Shown here: positions 36,301-47,991 of the stretch, one piece after another
Layout: every line of letters begins with the position of its first letter
Position numbering within the stretch: the first letter of the stretch is position 1
From: Amoebophrya sp. A120
Taxonomy: Eukaryota; Protista; Dinoflagellata
Assembly: GCA_905178155.1 (NCBI GenBank)
Contig: CAJINV010000016.1
Coordinates: 62,001 to 126,000, forward strand
Direction: 5' to 3'
Length of the DNA: 64,000 nt
The notes under the pieces: model-generated
Database searches by the model: none
Seen by the model: the letters and a program-made list of their open reading frames with translations, nothing else
What the model was told of the DNA's origin: nothing
Program-made: the position numbers and the translations under genes

Positions 36301-39300
36301 TAGTTATCATTATCCTTGTCCACCTGCACAAGATGGTCATAGATTGCTTCGAACAACTTAAAAACCGAGTCCTGCATGTCCAAGTTCAGCATCAGCAGCC
36401 GGTTCAAGAATCGGTTCAGGTTGTTCGACTCTTCCAATTCTTCAGAGTGTAGGTGCGCCATGAGTTTGCTATCCCCCGTCGCGCTTCTGAACAAATCGCA
36501 CAACTCTAAATTCAAAAACGCGTCTTTCTTGAAATCTTCGTTGTAAAAATCCATCAAGTCGTAGATTTTCTCCTTCCGATATGACAGTAAGCAACTCCCC
36601 CTCCCCCTCCTTTGTCATGCAAAATCCCAAACGCAGTGGGTGCCTTAACGGTGCCTTGTGGCACGGTTTGCATGACAAATTCCGGAAGCTGAAACTACAG
36701 CACTACGCTAGGCAAAGGCACTTGTCATGCACTGGCTCCACGTGTGCTGGTGTTTGTATTGCCATTCGTGTCATGCAAATGAGGGGCAGGGGGAGTTGTG
36801 TACTCTCATATCCGATCGTCCGGCGGGTGTCCGCGGAGATCGTCCAACAAACAGGAGAGCGCTTTTTTCCCATACGCGTTGTTGATGTCAAAACCATCAA
36901 GACACTCATCCACGCCGCCCATGGTACTGTGTCTGTCCCCTTTCGTCACTGCCCCCATCAGCTTCATGCGGCGAGAAATCGAGGAAACGAACCGGATTTC
37001 CCCCTGCACCGGGGTGATGACAATTTGGAACCGCGGTTGGTGCACTTGATTCGAGCGGTGGATCCGGCCGAATTGCTGTATGAAAGCCTCAGAATGGAAA
37101 TCCTCAACGTGGAAATAATTTGTGATGCATGAAATGCGACACAAAAAAGACTGTATTGCATAGGATGCAATGGAAGCCGACTATTGTCGTGCAACGGGTT
37201 AAGAATTGGAGTGCTGATTCGCACGAGAGAAGTGCACCCCTTTGCCTAACTAGCATGACAGACACGTTTTGAGTGCCCGGGAAATTTGTCATGCGCTGAC
37301 TACAAATGGCGACTCAACTGGAGTCGTTTTTTTGCATTACAAACTATTTCCACTTTGAGGATTTCCAACCTGAGGCTTTCATATGCTGAATCGCCTTGTC
37401 CGCCCCCCAGGGTAATTCTATTGTAATCATCCGTCGTTTCCGGAATTGGAACACTTTCGGATCGGCATCCTGCGGGGGCCGCTTCTCGCAGTGAAGGGAA
37501 ATTCCGGTGGAACCCGCCTCGGTGATCAACGCGATTTTCTTGCGGCCGGACTGAAAGTGGTGCTGCTCCGCGATGTTCAATGCTGCGGACCCGGTAGCGG
37601 CGCGGTTGCAGGAATTGGCAGCCTGGATCACGGCTAGGTCGTTATTTGTATTTCCTAGGGGTAGTCCGGCCCGCTGGTTCATCAAATCCCGTTCTAATTC
37701 TTGGAGCAAGAAATTGTCGTCGTTATTGTTATTTCCTCTGCGATTATTATTTTGGCGGGATTTCGGCTGCGCCTTCGCTTTTTTCTTCGCACGAGACACT
37801 TTCGCGTTGTACTCCTCTTTGGTAAATTGGACAGACCCGAAAGCAGCTACGGGCTGCTGTAGTGGAGCGCCGCCAAAAACAGGAGCTCTACTACTGCTAC
37901 TTGCACCCGCTCCTGCGCCACTACTGCTACTGGATGAAGATGACGATCCTCCAGAACTTATAGCCAGCGCTGTGGAGGAACTCGACGCAGATGCCGACGA
38001 TGTCGAGCTCTGCCCAGCAACACCTCCGTACTTCTCCATATTCGCCGAGATCTGCGCCGCCCCGATTCCATTCAGCGGAACGACGAAATTGCTCTCCGCG
38101 GTTCGCTGCTCGTATTTGATCTGTAAAGTCCGCGTGTCGCGGACCATCCGTTTCGATCTTCCCGAAATCTCCGCGACCGCTTTGTGCCCGCCACACCGTT
38201 CTATCAAATAATCCAATGCGTTGGGCGGTAAATCATCTTGAAAGGATTTCAGCTTCTCCTCCAGTGCGTTCTTCTTCAGAAACGACTCGGGGCACTGCTC
38301 GGAGGTTTTGAAAAACTGATCCAAGGCGTGCTGCAAAGCGAGTAAAGGGCCAGAAAGGAGTTGTTCGGGCTCATTCGGGTCGTTGTTATTTCTGACTCCG
38401 ATCTCGTCCTCATCTCTGTTGTTCAAGTGCTCGACAATCCTGCTTTCCCCCGTGGACCAAAGACTCACTACCACCTGCTCGCTATATCCAACGAAAAAAC
38501 TGTTTCACTGTGGTGATTTTGCAAGATCTGCAACACAAGTTTGTCAGTTACGCATGACAAAGAAAACTTGGCATGCGTGCTTCCTAAGGGAAAACACAGC
38601 TAGAAATCCAATGTGTTGCATGTATAGCAAGACAAACACACTTGCGTTCCGTTCTATGCATCACAAGTTCACAGTGAAACAGTTTTTTCTTGCGATACGT
38701 TATTCTCCGGCTTTAACGCTTCTTGAATCAGTTCCACCGTCTTGTCGATCTTGAAACACACGAGCAGATGTTTGTAAAACCGCTGCTGAAACGACCAGAA
38801 TTCCCGCCACAAATCCCGTTTGGACTTCACCCGGCCTTCCAAAACGATTTCGTTTTTATTGCTTTTGCTTCCGGGTCCTTGTTTCGCCTTTGCTTTTGGT
38901 TTATTTTTCCTCCGCCTACTATTCTCGTTCACCAGCTCCTCCTCGTAATCACTGTCGAACATCCTCTCGTCGTTCAAATCTATCCTGATTGAAAACGTAC
39001 CCACACCAGAGTCAAGATGGGAAATCTGCTAGACAAATAAGCCAGCCTTGGTTGTCTGCCATGACAAGTTTGTCCTCGTAGTGTAGTCCTGTTTAGCTAG
39101 TTCAGACGCATCACAGATCTAGCATAGCATGCTGATTCTAGCATCACAAATTCCAAAGCACGAATAGAAAACGCTTCTCATAGGTCTCCGCATGAGAAAC
39201 TTTTTTGGCATGCAGAATTGCATGACAACTCTGGGGTGGGGACGTTTTTACTGCGGATAAAATCGTCAGCATCGTTATCTTCGTCCGAAGATAAAGACTT

Positions 39301-42300
39301 ATTGTTCTTCTTATCCCCACCTTTCGCTTGTTTCATCTGGGATTTGTACAACTGGCCCAATACCGGGTGGTCGATAAAATATGCGAATTCTTCCTTCATT
39401 TCCCTGACTAACCCGCAGCAATTATCGTACGTCCTCTGCATCTTTTCCGTTAACTCCATCGGGATCTGGGAGAACTCGCAGCCACAGTAGGACAGACTCC
39501 GGCAGCTCATGACCCCATACGCTTTCAAATTGATCGCGACCACCTCCATCGCGGTGACGCCGCCGGAGGAGATGGACTTGGAGAAGTCCTGGAACGTTTT
39601 GTAAACCTTCTCCGGGCCCCACAGCCCTAAACGACTCATGTAGCCCATGTTGTTCACTTCTGTCGCTGCTGTTGCGGACGCGTAGACGACTTTGGAATTC
39701 CTGCAATACAGCTCCTGCCAATCACAAACCGCTAGCCCGATCTTGGAACTCTGCGACTTATCAACCGTGCCGTCTTTTTTCGTCCTGATTTGCAGGTTTT
39801 TCGCCTTGTGCGCCTCGTCGAAGGCGAGAATGCCTAACGTTCGGTTTCCGTTGGGCTGGTTGTTGAGCTGTTGCTGTTTCAGTTGCCTTTCCTGGTCGCG
39901 TTTCTCTTGTTCTAACTCTTTTTTCGTTTTATTTTTTCCTTTAGAAGAAGTTGTCACTCCTGCTGTTGACAGGTTCGCCGTATCCAGCAATAATTCCTGC
40001 AGTGCCGCATCCTCCCTCGCCGCGTCCCGACTTCTCGGCGACAGGTGCGCCCACTGTCGTTCCTGTTCTTCCTTCTGTTTCTTATTCCTCGCGATCTTCT
40101 CCGCCCGGTAGTTCGAACCAGATCCGCTGGATAATTCCTCCAAATGTCGCTTTCGCTTGTTGGAATTGAAAGCGTTGTTGCTCATCTCCACGCTCGCTAG
40201 AGCTTCCGCAAAGGCGTTCTTCATGTATCCGCCGTCCCCCATGTCTTCGTCCACAACTTTCCTCTCGGAATGCAACCGCGCCTCCCCGTGCGTGAACCAC
40301 TGCATATCAACTGTAAAAATGTCTGGATCTGGAAAAATTCATGTTTGTCATGCTTGTCTGGCATGACTCTTAAATCTGTCATGCACGTTACCCAAGAGCT
40401 CCGCTTTTCTGTGATGCAGAAGCGCAGTTTGTCATGCAGAATAGGTAACACGTAGGAGCTCAGAAACTTGTCATGCTGAGCCAGCATTCGTAGCCTCATC
40501 ATGAGACGCCACCCAGCATCACAAGTTTCCAGACCCAGACATTTTTACATTTGATACTGCAGCACCGGCATCAGTTCGTTTTTCACGTCCCGGGCGAGCT
40601 TGTTGTAGTATCCACTGCAAAAATATCGTACTCGTAGTAATTGTAATTGCAATCATGCATTACAAATTTCTTTCTCAAGGCAAATCAGCATTACAAATTT
40701 GATTTGTAATGCTGGGCTAATTTGTCATGCATTTCTACGAGTACGATGCTTTTGCAATGCATATGTAGGTGAAAAAAACAATCCCCTCGATCCCGTCGAA
40801 GTTCAATTCCTCGAGAAATTTGATCCTCTTCCCGTCCCGCAGATCGTCTCTTGCCTTCTTGTCCGTCCCCAGCTTCGACCGGAGCTTCGCGGGCAAATTG
40901 GATATCATGGGGTTGTTTTGCTGGATATGCATTGCAAAAGTATCGTGCTAAGTATAAATTGCATGACAAGTTTTCTCAAGCAGAAAACTTAAATTTCTCA
41001 TGCAGATTCAGGTAAGAGTGCAGATTTCTTGTCATGCATGGCTGCAATCTATACGAGTGCGATAGTACTTTTGCACAGGATACTGCAGTCGATCGATGAA
41101 GTCGGAGACAGACATGACGGGTATGTGTGTGGCGGATAAGTCCCGGAGGTCGCGGCGGGCGTCCTCTAGCAGTTGCGCGGTGGCGGAAACCCAGATGTGT
41201 CTGATAGTTATTTCCGTTTCTTGATGTGTGAGTTTGTTATGTTGCGACACCAGAAAGAATGAACAGCCAAAGGTCCTCTTGTCACGCGGATAATGCAAGC
41301 AACAGCAAAAAGTAAAAATACTTCACCAAAGAAATTCATAGTACCTCCTAATCCCCAGATTCCAGTTGTGAATGATGAGCGCGCTAATGACCCGCCCCTT
41401 TCCGCATCCGGTCCCGTCCCCCAATAAATATGCGTTCATCCGTGCACACCCCGCCGCGGTTTTGTTCGCGGCCCTCCTATCGTCTAATCGCATCGCAGCG
41501 TAGGTGATCGTTTCGAGTTGCTGGGAGGATAGTGCTCCCTTTTCGAACAATTGGTAGGGTATCCGCAGTTCGAAACTCGGCTTTACGCGTGGGAGATATC
41601 AAATGTAAAAATGTCTGGGTCTGGAAGAATGCAGATTTTTGTCATGCTGTTTTTGCATGACACAGAATGTCTGTCATGGAAGCCCTAGCGTCACAGATTT
41701 CGAGAAGCTTCCGCATTGCTTAATCCGCATGACAAATTCCCCATTTTGGTGACAGGAAGTGGGCGCCTTTTGCTGCCTATGCATGAGAGATTTGTCTGTG
41801 TTGTGAAATGCGCATCACAAGTTCGCACTCTTCGAGACCCAGACTTAGTTGCAGTTCATAGGAGATCCACGTTCGCGATAGAAAGTGGCTCGGAAACGGG
41901 GGATGGGTGGGGGAGCGCTTTTAGTTGGAGTTTACGGCTGTACTGGACAAACTGCATGGAGGAGTTCTTCCCGACCTGAAACTGCTCCGCGGGGTTGATG
42001 GTTGTGATGGAACCACCTTTATTCTGTTGGTCTTTCCAGCTGTTCTTGTTCTCCGGATCATCCTCCTCAGCAGGTAAATCGTCCTCATTCATCCCAGGAA
42101 AATGCGGGCTGGAAGCACCAGCACCTGCACCTCCAAGCTGCTCCTGAATGCTCGCGTCAATGCTGGATGTCCTTTGTCTCTTGTTTGATGCTGTTCCCGC
42201 GACCGCAAGAAGACCATCTCCTGCGCTACTTGATGTTCCCTTCTTGTTCTGACTGTCCTCCTGCAACATCAGGTCATCATTGTTTTCAACCGAGTCCTTC

Positions 42301-43130
42301 CGCTTCCCTCCGTGCTTCAATGCTTCTTTCACGTCAAACGGGTTGCGATCCTCCTTCAAATTTTTCGCCCGCATCGCTTCCAAAAAGTGCCGGATGTTCA
42401 AATTCGCGACGCGCCCTGGCAACCCAGGGTAGACCCAATTTGACCCGGGTTTCTGCGGGAGGGTGGGGAGATGCTGGATTTTCAGAAATTCAAACGTATC
42501 GTCGACGTCTTCGAAATTCAGCATGATAGGTTCTGCTTTTTTGTCGTTTTCTGGTTGCGTTGTGTTCGTCGTTGCGAGCGTGGTGGAAGTGGTCGACGAC
42601 GACGCCTTCAGCCTCGCAATCAAATTCGCCGTGCTGCTTGGATCTGCTTCGGTTTTAGCGAGGGTTCGTCTGATCACTTTGTTGAAATCTTGCACGAAGG
42701 TTGGCAGATTCTTGTCCTTCTGCGGAGTCCGAGTACGAGTAGTTCCACCTGGGCTTTTTCTGTCTTGTTCGAAGATTTCGCTGTCAACTTCCATGGCGTC
42801 TGGATCACGATCTGCATCCTCATCTTCGTCCTGTTCCTCCGCCGCCCCAAAAACGGACAGCTCCTTCGTCTGTGGGTCTAAAGTCAACGCCAAGTTGTTC
42901 TCGAGCATGGCCGTTCGAAATCTGGATCGGAGAGTCGACAAAGCGGTTGCGACGACCTTGTTCACCTCGGCGAGGGCTTGTTGGCTCAGGTTATTTGTGG
43001 GAGCAGCATTTGAGCTGCTGGAAGATGAGCTGCTGGCTGCACCACCGCCGGCATGTTGCTTCTCTTCCCGTTTCCGCAAAAGCTCGACGCTGAGCTCCAG
43101 CGCAGCTAGGAGCACGTCGTGGACCGGCAT
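24386..43130 (-). CDS. SBNO1: Strawberry notch (SBNO) family SF2 helicase-like protein fused to an ASCH domain and a long low-complexity FG/Q-rich tail, ~4,420 aa, 21 exons
   Basis: SBNO motifs in order: [159 protein letters not shown]. All 17 TIR introns, 2 GT-AG introns (41201-41344, 26032-26208) and the 1240-bp insert, removed by hand, give one open frame. Confidence 0.9.
24568..24836. mobile_element. TIR introner, family A
   Basis: TSD TGACC/CGACC. Confidence 0.92.
24892..25044. mobile_element. TIR introner, family B
   Basis: TSD TTGCT. Confidence 0.9.
30383..31671. other. GC-rich 1.19-kb insert flanked by a 49-bp duplication of coding sequence, interrupting the SBNO ORF
   Basis: 30383-30431 = 31623-31671 (2 mismatches), both encoding VKNQVEQTGED(Q/R)FGHQ. 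Confidence 0.85.
32110..32436 (-). other. ASCH (PUA-like) domain within the SBNO gene
   Basis: LRIQKNYLDLIKKGKKTVEGR (GxKxxExR signature)...VEVIERQEFPSFASYL...LPGCSSLSEGIKIYHSF...HGVVAF. Confidence 0.9.
32686..32836. mobile_element. TIR introner, family B
   Basis: TSD CCGTG; joins IGNT/DSQSN. Confidence 0.92.
33378..33529. mobile_element. TIR introner, family B
   Basis: TATGAACTGCAAAAGTATCGTACT perfect TIR, TSD TGTAG. Confidence 0.93.
34271..34584. mobile_element. TIR introner, family C
   Basis: TSD GCATG. Confidence 0.93.
34857..35118. mobile_element. TIR introner, family A (reverse orientation)
   Basis: TSD CGTCT. Confidence 0.93.
35173..35373. mobile_element. TIR introner, family F
   Basis: TATGA..CAACTCC / GGAGTTG..TCATA, TSD TCCTC/CCCTC. 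Confidence 0.88.
35440..35746. mobile_element. TIR introner, family C
   Basis: TSD ATCTC. Confidence 0.93.
35793..35957. mobile_element. TIR introner, family B
   Basis: TSD GTACC. Confidence 0.92.
36580..36810. mobile_element. TIR introner, family F
   Basis: TSD TCCGA. Confidence 0.92.
37079..37383. mobile_element. TIR introner, family C variant
   Basis: TATGAAAGCCTCAG TIR, TSD TGCTG; splits the conserved AIQQFGR. Confidence 0.93.
38485..38697. mobile_element. TIR introner, family G
   Basis: GAAAAAACTGTTTCACTGTG inverted, TSD CGCTA/CGTTA. Confidence 0.9.
38981..39259. mobile_element. TIR introner, family D
   Basis: AAAACGTACCCACACCAGAG / CTCTGGGGTGGGGACGTTTT, TSD AAATC. Confidence 0.92.
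40305..40556. mobile_element. TIR introner, family A
   Basis: TSD CTGCA. Confidence 0.92.
40609..40763. mobile_element. TIR introner, family B
   Basis: TSD TGTAG. Confidence 0.9.
40926..41082. mobile_element. TIR introner, family B
   Basis: TSD CTGGA/CTGCA. Confidence 0.9.
41597..41860. mobile_element. TIR introner, family A
   Basis: TSD GGAGA. Confidence 0.9.
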
Positions 43131-44156
43131 AGTGTGTATTTCTGTTTTGGCAAGAAGGCCTGGGTGGTGACACTAGCCGGCGTACGGATAATCAAAAGAA
43201 GTTACGTGAGTGTCATTGTCAACATGGTCGCTGTCCTCGTCTGCTGGTGCCTACTGCCTAAAAAAATTGTTTGGTTTCTTCTATAACGGCGACAATCTAT
43301 CCCAAAAACATACGACGAGAATCTGTAGCGGCTGCGGCTTAAGTACATCAAGATCAACACACAAACCTGTTTCTGACAAGACAATCGAAACAGAGTCGGA
43401 ACGTTCGTTCTGTGAGACATAGCGGTTGACAGAATTGAGGAGCCGTCAGCCGCACTTTTAACATGAAACGCATAGGGAATTCATCACAATCATCTTCATG
43501 ATCAATACATAGAATGATTAGCAGCACATCTACTTCTTTCCTTCGAGTGGCGAATTTGATAGGTACATCCGTTTGCGTTTGCAACATTTGTACGTTTCTG
43601 ATTTGAATTTTGAAGCGAAATTTGACGACAACCGGGATCGAAATCGATATCGACGACACTTGTTACATTTCAGCATTTAGTTCCTCTTCCTCCGACGTTC
43701 ACAAGAGCGCCAACATCTCCGAGCATTCTTGTTCTTCCACATCAACTACTCCGACAAAGATTTTACTCGATGATTTGAAAAAAGCCACTTCGATCGACAA
43801 CAAATATACACAAAAAAACGTGCGAAGAACTGGATTTTATCTGGCTCGCGGCACTAGCAGAGCCTTCAGCTTCACGTTGCAAGCGAACCACACCAGGACA
43901 CAAATTCTCGGACCAAAAAACATTGAAGATCTGCTCGTCCTCCCACCCTGCGTTGACAGCACAAAACACGGCGTCATCCAAAAGAACCTCGCACCTTTCA
44001 TTTGAAGGGTTTTGTAGTGTGCAAGCGCAAGGCACCTCCACCACGGTCACCATTATCATTGAATGGGCGGCTTCAAGAACCATGTGAGATACGAGCACAT
44101 CAAATTGACACGTTGCTCGTCGTCCACAACTATGGTTTTTTTCAGTGAAAGAACTC

Positions 44157-47100
44157 CTATTCACAAGCCGGATACTCCATCTTTTCCAAGTACACGTAGC
44201 ATCTGTACATCAACCACGCTGCGCTCCTTGCGTTTTTGTTGTAGGGATTCGCGGCGAACAAGGTTTTTCGCTTTTCCAGATTCTCCACCGACGCGTCAAA
44301 TCTCGGCCACATGTAGGTGAAGACCGTGGTACAGTGGTCGAGAAACGCTTTTTCGTACTGGTTCTGGAAGTAGGACATTGGTGGTATTATCTGCGCGATG
44401 TTTTCCGTCTCGGAGTGATGGGGTGATGAAGTAGTTGTCACTGTACCGGTTTGGGGTGATGAAGTAGTTGTCACTGTACCGGTTTTCTTCTTGTTCATCA
44501 AGTCTTTTGCGATTTGCTTCTTCAGTTCTTCGTAGTAAATGAGCAATAGTTCCTTTTCTTGCGTTCCAGCCAAATCCAGCAACTCCGGTCCGGCGCAGGC
44601 CGCCAGCATGTACGCCAAATCAACCATCGGCAAGCCCCAGCCGGTCCACTGAAAATCGATGAAAGCGAATTCAATTTCTTCCTCTCCAGGGTCGATGTTG
44701 CCACCAGTTGTTCCCGTTCCAACCTCATCCTGGGCCGCCGCTGGTGCAGCTCGTCGAAAAAACATATTTGCGGCTTTCGGGTCACCGTGAAGGAGGGTGA
44801 TGAAATGTTCTTCGGCTTTATCTGCTGGTCTGCTGTCCTCCGTTCTCCATTCTTCGTGCATCTCAAACGCCAACCTTTTCGTGTGCTTCTGCAAGTTCGC
44901 GCCGATAGACTGAAGTGCGTCTTCTGGAAGGAGTTCGAGCCCGTCGCGATCATCAGCTCGCGCGTTTTTATTTTTCGCTGTCGTTTCTTCCGCCAGTCTC
45001 TCTTTCACCAGAGCACAAAACCGGTCTGCGAACTTCTTTTCCTTCCAAACTTTTTCCACATTTTCGTACATGGATGCCGACTGCCGGTTCGAGGCCCAGA
45101 AGGTTCCGTTTTCCCAAACGATGTTTTTGCTTTTCAACTCTTTCGTGATCTTTTTTTCTAGATCAAGCTTCTGTAACCTGCTCTGTGCGAAGAACGCGTG
45201 CCACCTCGCTAGCGCCTTCACCGCGGTGACCAACTCTTCCTTCTCCACGACCATGATTCTTTGTTCCCAGGATTCCATCGGGGAGAAATCGGATAACAGG
45301 ATCAGAAACGAGCTGTCAATGGGGGATTCCGGGTAAACTTTTTTCTCGCAATATTTACAAGCAGGGATCTGGAGCCTCGCCTGTTTTCGGAGAAGGTCGT
45401 TGGGGGCGGAGCGGGTGCTTCGGGGTGGTGATGTTCTTGCTGTTGAGTGATCTGCTTCGGCTTCCTCGGCACTGTCACCGAGATAATTCCTGTCCGCCAT
45501 GGCCTCCAGAAACCCAAACTCGACCTCGTACGACCGAACATCTCTCGCTAGCTTCTCTGGTTGGGTCTTTGCCTTCAGCTGACAATGGGGCAACTCCCGC
45601 ATGGCAGAGCGCTTGAGGAACAAGCTCTGCGTCTGCACGTTGCTGGAAGTTGTTCCTTGTTCCCCATGATCTTTCTTCTCCGAGTTGTAGGAGTTGTAGC
45701 TCAAGAAAACCCGGCACGCTTCTGACATCAGGTAGCGGATGGCGCTCGGTTCCGGGGCAGCGACACGCTGTATAGAGACCTTTTGGAAGATCATTTGTGG
45801 TTCTTGATCAGTGGTCTTGAGCGTGTTTTTCGTCAACATCTTTTCGAAAAAGTTCTTTGACAGAAACTCTCCATTCAGATCCCGGAGAATGTCCGTCGCC
45901 TGCTGTGGGTGGCACTGGTGATGCTCTAAACTTTCAAGGAGAGCAGAACCGTTCTCGCTCGGAAACGCCTGGATTCCAAACTGCTCTACCAGGAGCGACT
46001 GCATCGTCTGCTCCTCCGGTTGTTGTAGTTGTCCCCCTGTAGTGCTGGAAGAAGAGGCTTCTGTTTTATCATCCCTCATTTCAATCGCCCGCAATTTCGC
46101 GCCCCAGGTTGGATACGCTGGGTGCTTCACTTGTTTCCCACCACTGGTGTCACGGACCTCCTTCAACAGTTCCTCCGTTCTTTTCGTGTAGGCAAACACC
46201 CCGTAACTGTTCGTGTAGTAGTCCTCGATTGTCAGAGTTTTCTTCTCTATTTCTTTTAGAATTTCCTTCGGAGCCCTTATGTGCATGATCGGCGCGCCGA
46301 ACAGATCCATCATTCTCCCCCCAACAACCGCCAAGAGCGCCCCCGGCGCGCAACTGTCCCACCTACTCGTTTTCAAATTGAACAGCGCGGAATCCGCTTT
46401 GCCGAGCAAAATCTGGAGGATTTTGTTTCCGGCGCCCGCGTATCAAATGCAAATATGTCTGGGTCTGGAAGATGAGTGCAAGGTTTGTCATGCATGCTTT
46501 GCATGACCCATGATGCCTGTAATGCATGGCCTAGCATCACAGATTTTTTGAAGGCTTCCTGATACCTATTCCGCATGACAAATGCCCTCCCCGCGTAGCA
46601 CGAACTGGACTCCTCTTGCTGGTCATGCAATACAAATCTTTTTAGAATCCAAACGCAGCATCAGAAGTTGCAACCTTCCAGACCCAGACACTTTTGCAAT
46701 GCATACCGCGACGTGCTGGAAGTGGAAGTTGGATTCTTCCAGCGTTTTTTTGATTCTTTTCAACGGCCCGGCGGAGTCGTTCGAGGTGGCGAGGACCATT
46801 ATATTTTCTTCGTTGCCCGCAAGTTCAAGTTGTGGCTCAACATCTTTATTCCCGTTTTGTCTCGCCTCAAGCCGCTTCTCGTCAAGCGTCCCAACACCGG
46901 CGAGTTTTTCAATCCCGACGATACCGCAGACAAGCTGGATGTCGTCTTCCGGCGCGGGGATGTTGCTTGAGTCAGCGTAGAAAACTGTCGGGTCGGCAGA
47001 AGTTGTAGAGGAAGCTGGACCACCTAACGGCATCTCGTGCAGTGGCGTTAAGACTGTTTCTTCCCCTTCTACCCCCGCTGCTTCCTGGCACGTCGACCCA

Positions 47101-47963
47101 TTCGCCGCAACGGCATGGCCTCTAGTCACGACTCCGCTCTCTTTCGCGAAATCAGCATCGGAAGTGCTGGCTTTACTTGAAGAAGAGGACTTAGTACTGT
47201 GCTTCACTTTCTGCAGTCCCCAAAACGGCAATCCAATCACCCCGGCAATCGGCGCACCATACGCGGAAATTCCGATCAAGGTCTGCGTGTTCTGCAGCCG
47301 GTTTTTGACAAATTCCCGGGTCCCGTCCAACGGGTCGACGAACAGGGTGATGTGCTCGACGGGGATGGTTTGTTCCAGTTTCTTCTTCAAAGCATCGCTG
47401 TCCTTTTGGGTGTGGAGTTGCTTCAACAGGAGTTCGCAGTAGGGGTGGAGGGATTTGCTTTCGGCGGTGGCTGGGTCTTCATTTTCTACGGCTGCGACAG
47501 GAGCACCAGGCTCAGTTCCTGCCGTCTGCGCATCGTTTTCAGTTTCCTTCGTCAGCTGCAACCCCTCATCCTCTTCTCCGACGATATCAAGCCCAAATCT
47601 TAACGGATTCTTCTCGTTTGGCACCTTCGCAATCCCTTCCAACGTTTCCCACTGCCGCAAGTAGTTCAAGATCGCGGTTTGCGCGGCGTAATCCGCCTTG
47701 GTGACGCAGGATTTGTCATCCCCGTCGACTTTCTCTTGGAGAACGGCAACGGTGGAGCCCTGTTTTTTCTTCTCTTTGCGAATCGCTTTGATCCCTTTCT
47801 CAGCGGCGTAACAACAGGCGGAGACGAGGCGGAGCAGGTTGATGGTCGGTTTTGGGTTCTGGTTCTGGTTTGGAGAAGAAACGGCCGGTGAGGTGGCCGC
47901 TCCGGGCCCGGCGGCGGTGGGTTCCTTGCCGGGAAGAGCCTCCATTCTTCGCTTCTTGGACAT
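44157..47963 (-). CDS. 3'(2'),5'-bisphosphate nucleotidase/IMPase-family phosphatase fused to an ecdysteroid/choline-kinase-like (APH-fold) domain, ~1,180 aa, 2 exons
   Basis: VTKADYAAQ, IVGEED, FVDPLDGTREF, AGAGNKILQILLGKA (rebuilt across the intron), RWDSCAPGALL..GG..DLFG; then TLLHGDPKAANMFF and IDFQWTGWG..DLAY in the same exon. Confidence 0.9.
44420..44485. repeat. 33-bp in-frame tandem duplication
   Basis: TGTVTTTSSP occurs twice. Confidence 0.9.
46441..46705. mobile_element. TIR introner, family A
   Basis: TSD CCGCG. Confidence 0.93.
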
Positions 47964-47991
47964 GGGGCACTACTAACTATAACTTCATTCA

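Noticed and set aside
24386-43130. Pseudogene interpretation of the fragmented ORFs
   Set aside because: Every interruption resolves cleanly and catalytic motifs are intact, with no residual stops or frameshifts in the spliced frame.
43200-44150. Possible small gene between SBNO and the BPNT-kinase gene
   Set aside because: Short ORFs on both strands with no motif and no introner or clear exon structure.
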